Shown: one piece after another, positions 27,426 to 34,787 of the stretch
Numbering within the stretch: position 1 is the first letter of the stretch
How the letters are laid out: the number at the start of each line of letters is the position of its first letter
NCBI GenBank assembly: GCA_963588055.1
Contig: CAVAGB010000009.1
Location: 1,803-65,802, forward strand
DNA length: 64,000 nucleotides
Direction: 5' to 3'
From: Erysipelotrichaceae bacterium
GTDB lineage: Bacteria; Bacillota_I; Bacilli_A; RFN20; CAG-826
The notes under the pieces: model-generated
The model's database searches: none
What the model was told of the DNA's origin: nothing
What the model saw: the letters and a program-made list of their open reading frames with translations, nothing else
Program-made: the position numbers and the translations under genes

Positions 27426-30400
27426 ATGGACAATGTGATGATCCGTTTTCTCTCTTCCATCGGTCTTCAAGAGAAGATCGATTCCTTTGACCTCGCTTTC
27501 ACCAAAATCCGTCGAAGCCCGAGTAACCGCAACCAAGTCCTCATGGAGATGAGGAAGTCCTCCCCTTGGGATTACCGTCAACTCATCGATTTTCAAACCG
27601 GGCTTCTCAACATCAATTACCCTTATGAGCTTTCCTTTTGCTATGAAAGCAAACCCTCTCCCGAGGATGCTCTTGCCTTATTCGCGGATTGGTATTTGGA
27701 TAGAGTGGCTTCGCAATGCGATTTCAAAACCGCAAAAAGCGGTGACTCCTCGATTCTTTTCACCTTCTCTAGCCCTGAGCAGCAAGAAAAGGAGGCAGAA
27801 AACGTCCATGAGTTCCAAAGCCTCCTCTCTTGGCTGGGATATCAAATCTCGGTCTCTTCCGAAGCGGTTTCTGCTGAGCCTAAGGCGGAAGAAACGAAAA
27901 GCGAAGCGGAAGAGCTCCCCGAATCCGTTTCGGAGGAAATCGCCGAAGAAGTCAACGAAGAACCTTTAGAGGAAGCTTCTTTCGATGATTCCTTGGCTTC
28001 GCTCAGCAATGATGAAATCCAGGCACAAATCCAAAGGGAATTCGAGCAAAACCAGGAGAAGGGCGAAGAGATTCTGATGGAGCAGCTCCTCGCCAATCAA
28101 AAGGCGATGGAAGAGGAAAGGAACAAGAAACGCCTTTTCTCCGTCGGGGATTATCAGATCATCGAGAAACTGGAGGATATCGAAAGTGCCGGGTTAGTTA
28201 ACGTGGATTTCTCCGGCGAAGTCTTCCAAGTCGAGTCAAGAACCACGAAAACCGGCAGGAAGATGGTCACGTTTGGAGTGGGCGATAGCACTGACGCGAT
28301 CTCCGTGCGCGCTTTGGAAAGCAAACGGCTTGCCTTAGACAAACTAAGCGGAGTGAAAAACGGGATGAACATCCGCGTCAGAGGGGCAATCGACGTCGAT
28401 TACCGAGGCCAAAAGGAAGTGATGGCCCATTTCATAGACCCTCTTCCTCCCAAGCCTTTGCGCGATGACCCCGAAGATGAAAAGCGCGTCGAGCTTCATC
28501 TCCACACGAAAATGTCCACCATGGACGGCGTGGCGGAGATGGGGGATTACTACAACCTCGCGAAGCACATGGGCATGAAAGCCATCGCCGTGACTGATCA
28601 TGGCGTCGTGCAGGGTTTCCCCGCCGCGCAGGCCGCCCATGATGCCGACGCTAAGCGGATCAAAAAGAACAACCTCGATGAGAAGCCTCTCAAGATCATC
28701 TATGGCGCAGAGCTATATGCCTTCGACTTGAAGCAAAACTACATCTTCAATCCCTGTGACAAGGCTTTGCGTGAGGCTCGCTACTGCGTCTTCGATACCG
28801 AGACCACCGGCCTCTCCGCCCGCTATGAGCGAATCATCGAATTCGGCGGGGTCATCGTCGAAAAGGGAAGGGTTTTGCGGCGTTTTGATACTTTCGTTCG
28901 CCCAGATATCCCTTTGGAGCACGCCCAAGAAGCCATGGCGATCAACCACATCACCAACGATGATTTGGCTAACGCCCCTACCATGGAAGAGGTGCTTCCT
29001 CAGATTTTGGAATTCCTCGGCGACAACATCCTCGTCGCCCATAACGCGACCTTCGATATCGGCATGCTCAACGCCGCGCTTGAACGTAATAAAGAAGCCC
29101 ATCCCGATACCTCTTACCCAGACCACATAGCAAATCCTATCGTCGATACCTTGCCTCTCTCCCATTATCTTTTCCCTCTTGCCGGCAGGCACAACGAGCA
29201 GGCGATGCTAAAGAATTTGGGCCTAAATGTCTACGATGCAAACAAAGCCCACCGCGCGGATTACGACTCCGAGTGCTTAAACGATGGATGGCAGGAGATC
29301 ATCCTCCGTTTGGAGAAAGATCATCCTGGGATCCGCCACTGCGATTTGGCGGAGTTGAAGATCGAAAACGGGAACGAAAACGATCCCGAACTCGAATCCG
29401 AAGACCCAACGATCAAAGAAGCGGCGGAGAAGAGATACGAAGAGCAATGTGACGTCTTCAATAATTTCTGCAAGCACATCAAGAGTTTTCACTGCGTCGT
29501 CTTGGTGAAAAACACCCAAGGCCTGCAGAATCTTTATCGCATTATCACCCAAGGCGAAACTACTTACCTCGAACGTGCCTCTTTGCCCAAGACCCCGCGT
29601 GAGCTCATCAATAAGTATCGCGAGAATTTCATGGTCGGCAGCGCTTGCTTCAACGGCGAGATCTTCGAAATCGCGACCACGCGCAACCGCGACATCCTCG
29701 TGGATGCGATCCGCTGGTACGACTACGTCGAAATCCAGCCTTTGGAAAACTACTCCTATCTCCTCAATATGGGTAGGCTGCACTCGGAAGAGCAACTCAT
29801 CCAGACCCTCAAAGACATCATCGAGGCCGCTAAAATCGCCGGCGTCCCCGTCGTCGCCACGGGCGATTGCCATTATGTGAACCCTGAAGACAAAATCTGC
29901 CGCGACGTTTATGTCTATGCCAAAGGCGTGGGCAACGGCTCGCATCCTCTGAACCCTCCTGCAAGAGAGAAAAAGCCATTCTTCCCGAACCCCGATCAGC
30001 ATTTCCGCTCGACCAGGGAGATGCTCGACTCTTTCCAAACTTGGCTGCCGGAAGAAGAGGCGAGGGAATACGTCATCAAGAATTCAAATTGGGTCGCCGA
30101 TCAGATAAGGGACGACATCGTCCCGATGCTTTCCGGCACCTATACGCCGAACGAGAACCTGCCTCATTCTGATTTGATCCTCCGCGATCTCTGCGAGAGT
30201 AATTTCCATGCGCGCTACGACTACCTTGGGAATGACGATGATCCCAAAGTGAAAGAGGCGATCAACTTCGCCTGGGAGCGTCTGCAAAGGGAGCTCACCG
30301 GAATCATCGGCAATGGCTACGCGGTCACTTATTACATCGCCCATCTTCTCATCAAAGACGTCGAAGACGCGCCGAAGCACTTCATCGTGGGCTCCCGTGG

Positions 30401-32093
30401 CTCGGTCGGCTCTTCTTTCGCGGCGACTACCGCCGACATCACCGAGGTCAACCCCTTGCCGCCTCATTGGCATTGCCCGCATTGCCATTATCTTGAATTC
30501 AGCGACGATCCTGAGGTGAAATCTGGCTTTGACTTGCCTGATAAGGTCTGCCCGAAATGCGGCACGAAACTGAAAATAGACGGCCAGAACATCCCCTTTG
30601 AGACCTTCCTTGGCTTCAACGCGGATAAGGTCCCAGACATTGATTTGAATTTCGAGGAAGAGGCGCAGCATCTGGCCCATCAGATGACGAAAGTCCACTT
30701 GGGCGCGAAACAAGTCTACCGCGCCGGCACGATCGAAACCGTCGCCGACAAGACGGCTTATGGCTATGTCCGCGGATACTTCGAGAAAATAGGGAAAGAC
30801 CTCAATAAGGTGAACAGCAATTTCATTGGTTTCTTGGCTGCAAAATGCACCGGGGTCAAGCGCACCACCGGCCAGCATCCAGGCGGCATCGTGGTCGTTC
30901 CGAAAGAGAGAAGCATCTACGAATTCACCGCCGTCCAGCATCCTGCTGACGATCTAAAATCCGAATGGCTCACCACCCATTACGATTACCATTCCATGCA
31001 CGATGAGCTTTTGAAATTCGATATTTTAGGCCACGTTGACCCGATGGCGATGCGCTATTACCGCGACCTCACCGGCGTGAAGGTGAGGGATATCCCAATG
31101 AACGACAAGCGCGTCTTGTCTTTGTTCACCTCCCCACAGGAGCTCAATCTTCACCGGAACTACATGAAGCAGAAAACCGGAGCCTTGGCGCTCCCTGAGT
31201 TCGGGACAGGGCTGGCTCAGCGCATGCTTGAAGAAGCACAACCGAAAACCTTCAATGACCTCCTCATCATGTCTGGCTTGGCCCACGGTACCGATGTTTG
31301 GGCGGGTAACGCGGAAGATCTCATCCTTTCCGGCACCACCGACCTCCACGGCGTCATCGGATGCCGCGACGATATCATGACCTACATGATTTCCTGCGGC
31401 ATCGAGAAGGGGAAGGCCTTCAAGATTATGGAGGACGTGCGCCATGGCAAAGGGCTCACGCCGGATTTCGAAAGCGACATGAGAGCGCATTACGTCCCCG
31501 AGTTCTACATCGAATCCGCGAAGAAGATCAAATACCTCTTCCCACGCGGGCACGCGACGGCTTACGTCATGATGGCGGTTCGCGTCGCTTACTTCAAGCT
31601 CTATCACCCTCTTGAGTTCTACAGCGTTTTCTTCTCCATCCGTAGCGACGATTGGGATCTGAAGGTGATGCTTGCGGGCGAAGACGCCTTGATCGAGCAA
31701 ATAAAAACCTTCACCGAACGTCAAAATGACCGCAATAACCCATTATCTCCGAAGGAGAAGAACATACTTAAGACCGATTTAGTCGCTCTTGAGATGTATG
31801 AACGCGGCTATAAAGTCTCCAACATCGATCTTTATAAATCCGACGCGAAACTTTGGGTGGCCGACCACGAAAACAACGCGCTCATCCCCGCCTTTAACGT
31901 CGTTGGTGGCTTAGGCGAAAGCGCAGCCTTGAGCATCGTCGAAGCAAGAAAGGATGGAAAGAAGTTCCTTTCCAAAGAAGACTTGCTCGCTCGGACTAAA
32001 CTCAACGGCACCAATCTAAAGGATTTGGACGAGCTTGGCGTGCTGAAAGGCATGGGTGAAACCAACCAGATGTCCTTGTTTGAATTCTTCTAA
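27426..32093 (+). CDS. polC: DNA polymerase III alpha subunit, PolC type
   Basis: 1555 aa. PHP block HLHTKMSTMDG, exonuclease blocks VFDTETTGLS and LVAHNATFDIGML, and zinc module HWHCPHCHY...CPKCG are present. Confidence 0.95.
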   Translation: MDNVMIRFLSSIGLQEKIDSFDLAFTKIRRSPSNRNQVLMEMRKSSPWDYRQLIDFQTGLLNINYPYELSFCYESKPSPEDALALFADWYLDRVASQCDFKTAKSGDSSILFTFSSPEQQEKEAENVHEFQSLLSWLGYQISVSSEAVSAEPKAEETKSEAEELPESVSEEIAEEVNEEPLEEASFDDSLASLSNDEIQAQIQREFEQNQEKGEEILMEQLLANQKAMEEERNKKRLFSVGDYQIIEKLEDIESAGLVNVDFSGEVFQVESRTTKTGRKMVTFGVGDSTDAISVRALESKRLALDKLSGVKNGMNIRVRGAIDVDYRGQKEVMAHFIDPLPPKPLRDDPEDEKRVELHLHTKMSTMDGVAEMGDYYNLAKHMGMKAIAVTDHGVVQGFPAAQAAHDADAKRIKKNNLDEKPLKIIYGAELYAFDLKQNYIFNPCDKALREARYCVFDTETTGLSARYERIIEFGGVIVEKGRVLRRFDTFVRPDIPLEHAQEAMAINHITNDDLANAPTMEEVLPQILEFLGDNILVAHNATFDIGMLNAALERNKEAHPDTSYPDHIANPIVDTLPLSHYLFPLAGRHNEQAMLKNLGLNVYDANKAHRADYDSECLNDGWQEIILRLEKDHPGIRHCDLAELKIENGNENDPELESEDPTIKEAAEKRYEEQCDVFNNFCKHIKSFHCVVLVKNTQGLQNLYRIITQGETTYLERASLPKTPRELINKYRENFMVGSACFNGEIFEIATTRNRDILVDAIRWYDYVEIQPLENYSYLLNMGRLHSEEQLIQTLKDIIEAAKIAGVPVVATGDCHYVNPEDKICRDVYVYAKGVGNGSHPLNPPAREKKPFFPNPDQHFRSTREMLDSFQTWLPEEEAREYVIKNSNWVADQIRDDIVPMLSGTYTPNENLPHSDLILRDLCESNFHARYDYLGNDDDPKVKEAINFAWERLQRELTGIIGNGYAVTYYIAHLLIKDVEDAPKHFIVGSRGSVGSSFAATTADITEVNPLPPHWHCPHCHYLEFSDDPEVKSGFDLPDKVCPKCGTKLKIDGQNIPFETFLGFNADKVPDIDLNFEEEAQHLAHQMTKVHLGAKQVYRAGTIETVADKTAYGYVRGYFEKIGKDLNKVNSNFIGFLAAKCTGVKRTTGQHPGGIVVVPKERSIYEFTAVQHPADDLKSEWLTTHYDYHSMHDELLKFDILGHVDPMAMRYYRDLTGVKVRDIPMNDKRVLSLFTSPQELNLHRNYMKQKTGALALPEFGTGLAQRMLEEAQPKTFNDLLIMSGLAHGTDVWAGNAEDLILSGTTDLHGVIGCRDDIMTYMISCGIEKGKAFKIMEDVRHGKGLTPDFESDMRAHYVPEFYIESAKKIKYLFPRGHATAYVMMAVRVAYFKLYHPLEFYSVFFSIRSDDWDLKVMLAGEDALIEQIKTFTERQNDRNNPLSPKEKNILKTDLVALEMYERGYKVSNIDLYKSDAKLWVADHENNALIPAFNVVGGLGESAALSIVEARKDGKKFLSKEDLLARTKLNGTNLKDLDELGVLKGMGETNQMSLFEFF

Positions 32094-32108
32094 TCCGGGG
32101 TTTATACT
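32080..32108 (+). promoter_or_regulatory. Candidate promoter of tRNA-Pro, overlapping the 3' end of polC
   Basis: TTGAAT-17 nt-TATACT. The leader carries an 8-bp hairpin GCTCGCGC/GCGCGAGC (32112-32133) ending 4 nt before the tRNA. Confidence 0.45.
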
Positions 32109-32137
32109 ATCGCTCGCGCGGTTAGGCGCGAGCATAT

Positions 32138-32214
32138 CGGGACGTAGCACAGTTTGGTAGTGCGCCTGGTTCGGGACCAGGAGGTCACGGGTTCGAATCC
32201 CGTCGTTCCGACCA
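32138..32214 (+). tRNA. tRNA-Pro (anticodon CGG)
   Basis: Cloverleaf folded by hand. Acceptor CGGGACG/CGTTCCG, anticodon arm CCTGG-TTCGGGA-CCAGG, T loop TTCGAAT, encoded CCA. Confidence 0.85.
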
Positions 32215-32227
32215 TCAAAAATCCAAG

Positions 32228-32254
32228 ACGGGCGAGCAAAATCGCCCGTTTTTT
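32228..32254 (+). terminator. Rho-independent terminator after tRNA-Pro
   Basis: Stem ACGGGCGA / TCGCCCGT followed by TTTTTT. Confidence 0.65.
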
Positions 32255-32308
32255 ACATTTAGTTCTGGATGAAAACAGGATTCTGATAAAAAAAGTGTAA
32301 CAAAACCC

Positions 32309-32337
32309 TTGCAGGAAGAAACAAAGCCATTTAATAT
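32309..32337 (+). promoter_or_regulatory. Candidate promoter of the small-ORF unit
   Basis: TTGCAG-17 nt-TAATAT within an AT-rich intergenic island. Confidence 0.45.
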
Positions 32338-32387
32338 GTATGCATAAAGAAACAAAAACGATTAAAATGTTTCTAGGAGATTACACC

Positions 32388-32465
32388 ATGCAATGTAAAA
32401 AACCGATTCCAAATAAGCCATCCCATAAGATATGGGCTGGCAAAAACGGGGAGAAGCCGCCGTAG
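32388..32465 (+). CDS. Candidate 25-aa Lys/Pro-rich peptide (MQCKKPIPNKPSHKIWAGKNGEKPP)
   Basis: SD AGGAG lies 8 nt upstream of the ATG. The unit has its own promoter and its own terminator. It is absent from the ORF track because it is shorter than 60 aa. No homology is known to me. Confidence 0.25.
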   Translation: MQCKKPIPNKPSHKIWAGKNGEKPP

Positions 32466-32530
32466 CAGGTTGCTTTCTTCCAAACATCTATAAAACCACC
32501 TTTCAAGAATACCTATTTATATTAAGGAAG

Positions 32531-32556
32531 AGGCCTGGCGAAAGCTGGGCCTTTTT
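32531..32556 (+). terminator. Rho-independent terminator of the small-ORF unit
   Basis: 9-bp stem AGGCCTGGC / GCTGGGCCT (two G-U pairs) with a GAAA tetraloop, then TTTT. Confidence 0.55.
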
Positions 32557-32606
32557 CTCGGCTTTCTTTCCGCAGAGGTTGCGCATATAATTTGCCTTGC
32601 CCATAA

Positions 32607-32683
32607 GGGCCCGTAGCTCAGCTGGACAGAGCGTCCCCCTCCTAAGGGGAAGGTCAGGCGTTCGAATCGCCTCGGGCCCGCCA
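32607..32683 (+). tRNA. tRNA-Arg (anticodon CCT)
   Basis: Acceptor GGGCCCG/CGGGCCC, anticodon arm TCCCC-CTCCTAA-GGGGA, T loop TTCGAAT, encoded CCA. Confidence 0.85.
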
Positions 32684-32688
32684 GTAAG

Positions 32689-32718
32689 AAAAAAATCCGC
32701 CTCGTCGGCGGTTTTTTA
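32689..32718. terminator. Bidirectional terminator (tRNA-Arg on plus, PII-like gene on minus)
   Basis: Stem CCGCC / GGCGG with an A run on one side and a T run on the other. Confidence 0.6.
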
Positions 32719-33051
32719 TTAGAAGAAGCCTTCAACTGAAGTTAAGGGGAGCACGAACATCCCTCCTTTGACTTTCGTGAAGGAGGAAGTGGCTTCTCTG
32801 ATTTCTTTTTGGACGGTTTCTAATTTATCCTTGTCGATGACGATGAAGAGAGTGAAATTGCCGCTAGGGAGGTCTTCGGTTAGAGCGGCCAAGGAAATTG
32901 CTTTCGAAGTGCCGTCGTGGAACTCGGGGAAAACATGGTGCATGCCTTCTGTAGGGATGACCGTCCCGTTATAACCTTCTTTGGATAAGGAACGAATAAG
33001 CTGTTCTGAAGCTGGGACGTGATCGAGGATGGCGAAGAGCAATACTTTCAT
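32719..33051 (-). CDS. Small PII-like protein, possibly of the cyclic-di-AMP receptor (DarA/PstA, DUF970) type
   Basis: 110 aa counted from the ATG at 33051, which has SD AGGAAG. The length, the N-terminus MKVLLFAILD and the C-terminus GGMFVLPLTSVEGFF resemble PII-like signalling proteins. The assignment rests on memory of the family only. Confidence 0.4.
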   Translation of the reverse strand: MKVLLFAILDHVPASEQLIRSLSKEGYNGTVIPTEGMHHVFPEFHDGTSKAISLAALTEDLPSGNFTLFIVIDKDKLETVQKEIREATSSFTKVKGGMFVLPLTSVEGFF

Positions 33052-33154
33052 AAAATCTTCCTGAAGCGACGTGTAATATAGCATCTCTCTTCAATATTGC
33101 TAGTTTTGTTTTGGCAACTCTTCCATAATTACCCCCGAAAGAAGGAAACGCAAA

Positions 33155-33658
33155 ATGATTCGCATCACAGTGAAAGATTACGGCGTGATGGAGGCGGAGC
33201 TTGATTGGAACGCCGCCCCGAATACCTGCGCCAATTTCGTGGAACTCGTGAACTCGGGTTTCTACAGCGGCCTCATTTTCCACCGCATCATCAAGGGATT
33301 CATGATCCAAGGCGGCTGGGGTGAACTCAAAGGGAAGAAAATCAACTACTCAATCAAAGGGGAATTCGCTTCCAATGGCGTGAAGAACGACCTTCTCCAC
33401 ACGAGGGGCGTGCTTTCGATGGCGAGGACAATGTATCCCGATTCGGCCTCCAGCCAGTTCTTTATCATGCATAAGGACGCGCCTCATCTAGACGGGGAAT
33501 ACGCCGCTTTCGGGAAGCTCACCAGCGGGTTTGATGTCCTGGACAAAATCGCATCCGTCCGCACCGATCGATCTGACCGCCCCATCACCCCGGTGGTCAT
33601 CGAAAAGATTGAAGCTATCGACGAGCCGGTCAAACCCGTCGAGAAGATTTTCAGATGA
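33155..33658 (+). CDS. ppiB: Peptidyl-prolyl cis-trans isomerase, cyclophilin type
   Basis: Motifs FHRIIKGFMIQGG and GVLSMAR. Confidence 0.9.
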   Translation: MIRITVKDYGVMEAELDWNAAPNTCANFVELVNSGFYSGLIFHRIIKGFMIQGGWGELKGKKINYSIKGEFASNGVKNDLLHTRGVLSMARTMYPDSASSQFFIMHKDAPHLDGEYAAFGKLTSGFDVLDKIASVRTDRSDRPITPVVIEKIEAIDEPVKPVEKIFR

Positions 33659-34035
33659 GCCGCGTAGAGAAAGCGGTCGCCCTGAAGAACTCAGGCAGCA
33701 ACTGCACCCAATCAATTTTGCTTGCCTATCAAGACCTACTTGATTTGCCCAAAGAGAAGCTGGAAGCGCTTGGCTCTTACTTCCAATTCGGCATGGGCAA
33801 CGCCACCAGCACCTGCGGCGCCCTTTTGGGCGCGGCCCTCGTTCTTGGCTGCCTTGAAGAAGAGGGCAGCAAGATGTCGAAAGCCCGGGAATTGAACGAG
33901 GAATTCAAGGCCAAAGCGGGCGCTCTTATCTGCAAAGATCTAAAGGGCCTCGATACCGGGGTTTGCCTTTGCCCTTGCTCGAAATGCGTCGAGATAGCCG
34001 CGAGTTTGATTGAGGATCGCCTTAATAGAAACTAG
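33655..34035 (+). CDS. C_GCAxxG_C_C family protein
   Basis: Signature STCGALLGAALVLGC plus C-terminal cysteines CLCPCSKC. Confidence 0.7.
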   Translation: MSRVEKAVALKNSGSNCTQSILLAYQDLLDLPKEKLEALGSYFQFGMGNATSTCGALLGAALVLGCLEEEGSKMSKARELNEEFKAKAGALICKDLKGLDTGVCLCPCSKCVEIAASLIEDRLNRN

Positions 34036-34070
34036 CTGCCAAAGCAAGCTGAACGGCGAAATGTTTTTTG

Positions 34071-34099
34071 TTGACACCCACTATTTGAACGCGTATTGT
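34071..34099 (+). promoter_or_regulatory. Candidate promoter of tRNA-Ala
   Basis: TTGACA-17 nt-TATTGT, about 30 nt upstream of the tRNA. Confidence 0.5.
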
Positions 34100-34128
34100 A
34101 ATGAACGCGCGAAGAGCGCGGTGCAATT

Positions 34129-34204
34129 GGGCCTTTAGCTCAGCTGGGAGAGCGCCTCCATGGCATGGAGGAGGTCGTCGGTTCGATCCCGATAAGGTCC
34201 ACCA
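34129..34204 (+). tRNA. tRNA-Ala (anticodon GGC)
   Basis: Acceptor GGGCCTT/AAGGTCC including the G3:U70 identity pair, anticodon arm CCTCC-ATGGCAT-GGAGG, encoded CCA. Confidence 0.85.
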
Positions 34205-34215
34205 AACGAAAGCAA

Positions 34216-34242
34216 GACGAATCGAAAGGTTCGCCTTTTTTT
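34216..34242. terminator. Terminator shared by tRNA-Ala and convergent msrA
   Basis: Stem CGAATC / GGTTCG with a GAAA loop, then TTTTTTT. Confidence 0.5.
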
Positions 34243-34732
34243 ATTTCTTTTCCCGGTCTTTCAGAAGCGAGAGATTAACGGGGTTATGCCAAAAAGGATG
34301 GGCTTTTGCAAAGTTTTGGTGCTTCGCTTCGGCCGGATAGAAGTTCTCAAAGCGCCTGATGTCGATGTAATGCCCTTTCCTTATATGGGTGTCAACGTAG
34401 CGAATGATTGCTACTCCATCCAAGACGTCTACGTAATAGATGCCTAAGCCATAACAGTGGCCTTTGTAGTCGCCTTGTTTGAATGCGGAGTATGGATCGA
34501 TGATCCTTAGGTAATGGTCAATCAACTCCTGAATGGAGATTAGATTTTCTTCATAGTCCACTTTGATTGCTTCTAGTGCATCGGCTTTTCCACTCAAGAT
34601 ATCCTCGTGCTTCGGGAAAGGGGTTGTTCCGTTGATGTATCCGCAGGTTGCTGAGATGACGCCTTTCACTTCGTTGAAGTAAGACTGAAGGCCATAGAAG
34701 CACCCTCCGGCAAGATAGACTGTTTTCCGCAT
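34241..34732 (-). CDS. msrA: Peptide methionine sulfoxide reductase MsrA (divergent)
   Basis: GGCFYG stands at the catalytic Cys position, and FYPAEAKHQNF is present. I place the start at M47 of the listed ORF, because the longer form would overlap the bglX start. Confidence 0.7.
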   Translation of the reverse strand: MRKTVYLAGGCFYGLQSYFNEVKGVISATCGYINGTTPFPKHEDILSGKADALEAIKVDYEENLISIQELIDHYLRIIDPYSAFKQGDYKGHCYGLGIYYVDVLDGVAIIRYVDTHIRKGHYIDIRRFENFYPAEAKHQNFAKAHPFWHNPVNLSLLKDREKK

Positions 34733-34751
34733 AGGAATATGATAAATAAGG

Positions 34752-34767
34752 TTTCTCTTAAGAGAAA
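34752..34767. promoter_or_regulatory. 16-bp perfect palindrome TTTCTCTTAAGAGAAA in the msrA/bglX divergent region
   Basis: Read directly from the sequence. Each arm lies 17 nt from a -10-like hexamer: GATAAT at 34775-34780 on plus, and TATCAT on minus at 34739-34744. Confidence 0.5.
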
Positions 34768-34787
34768 GAAAAGAGATAATTTGAGCC

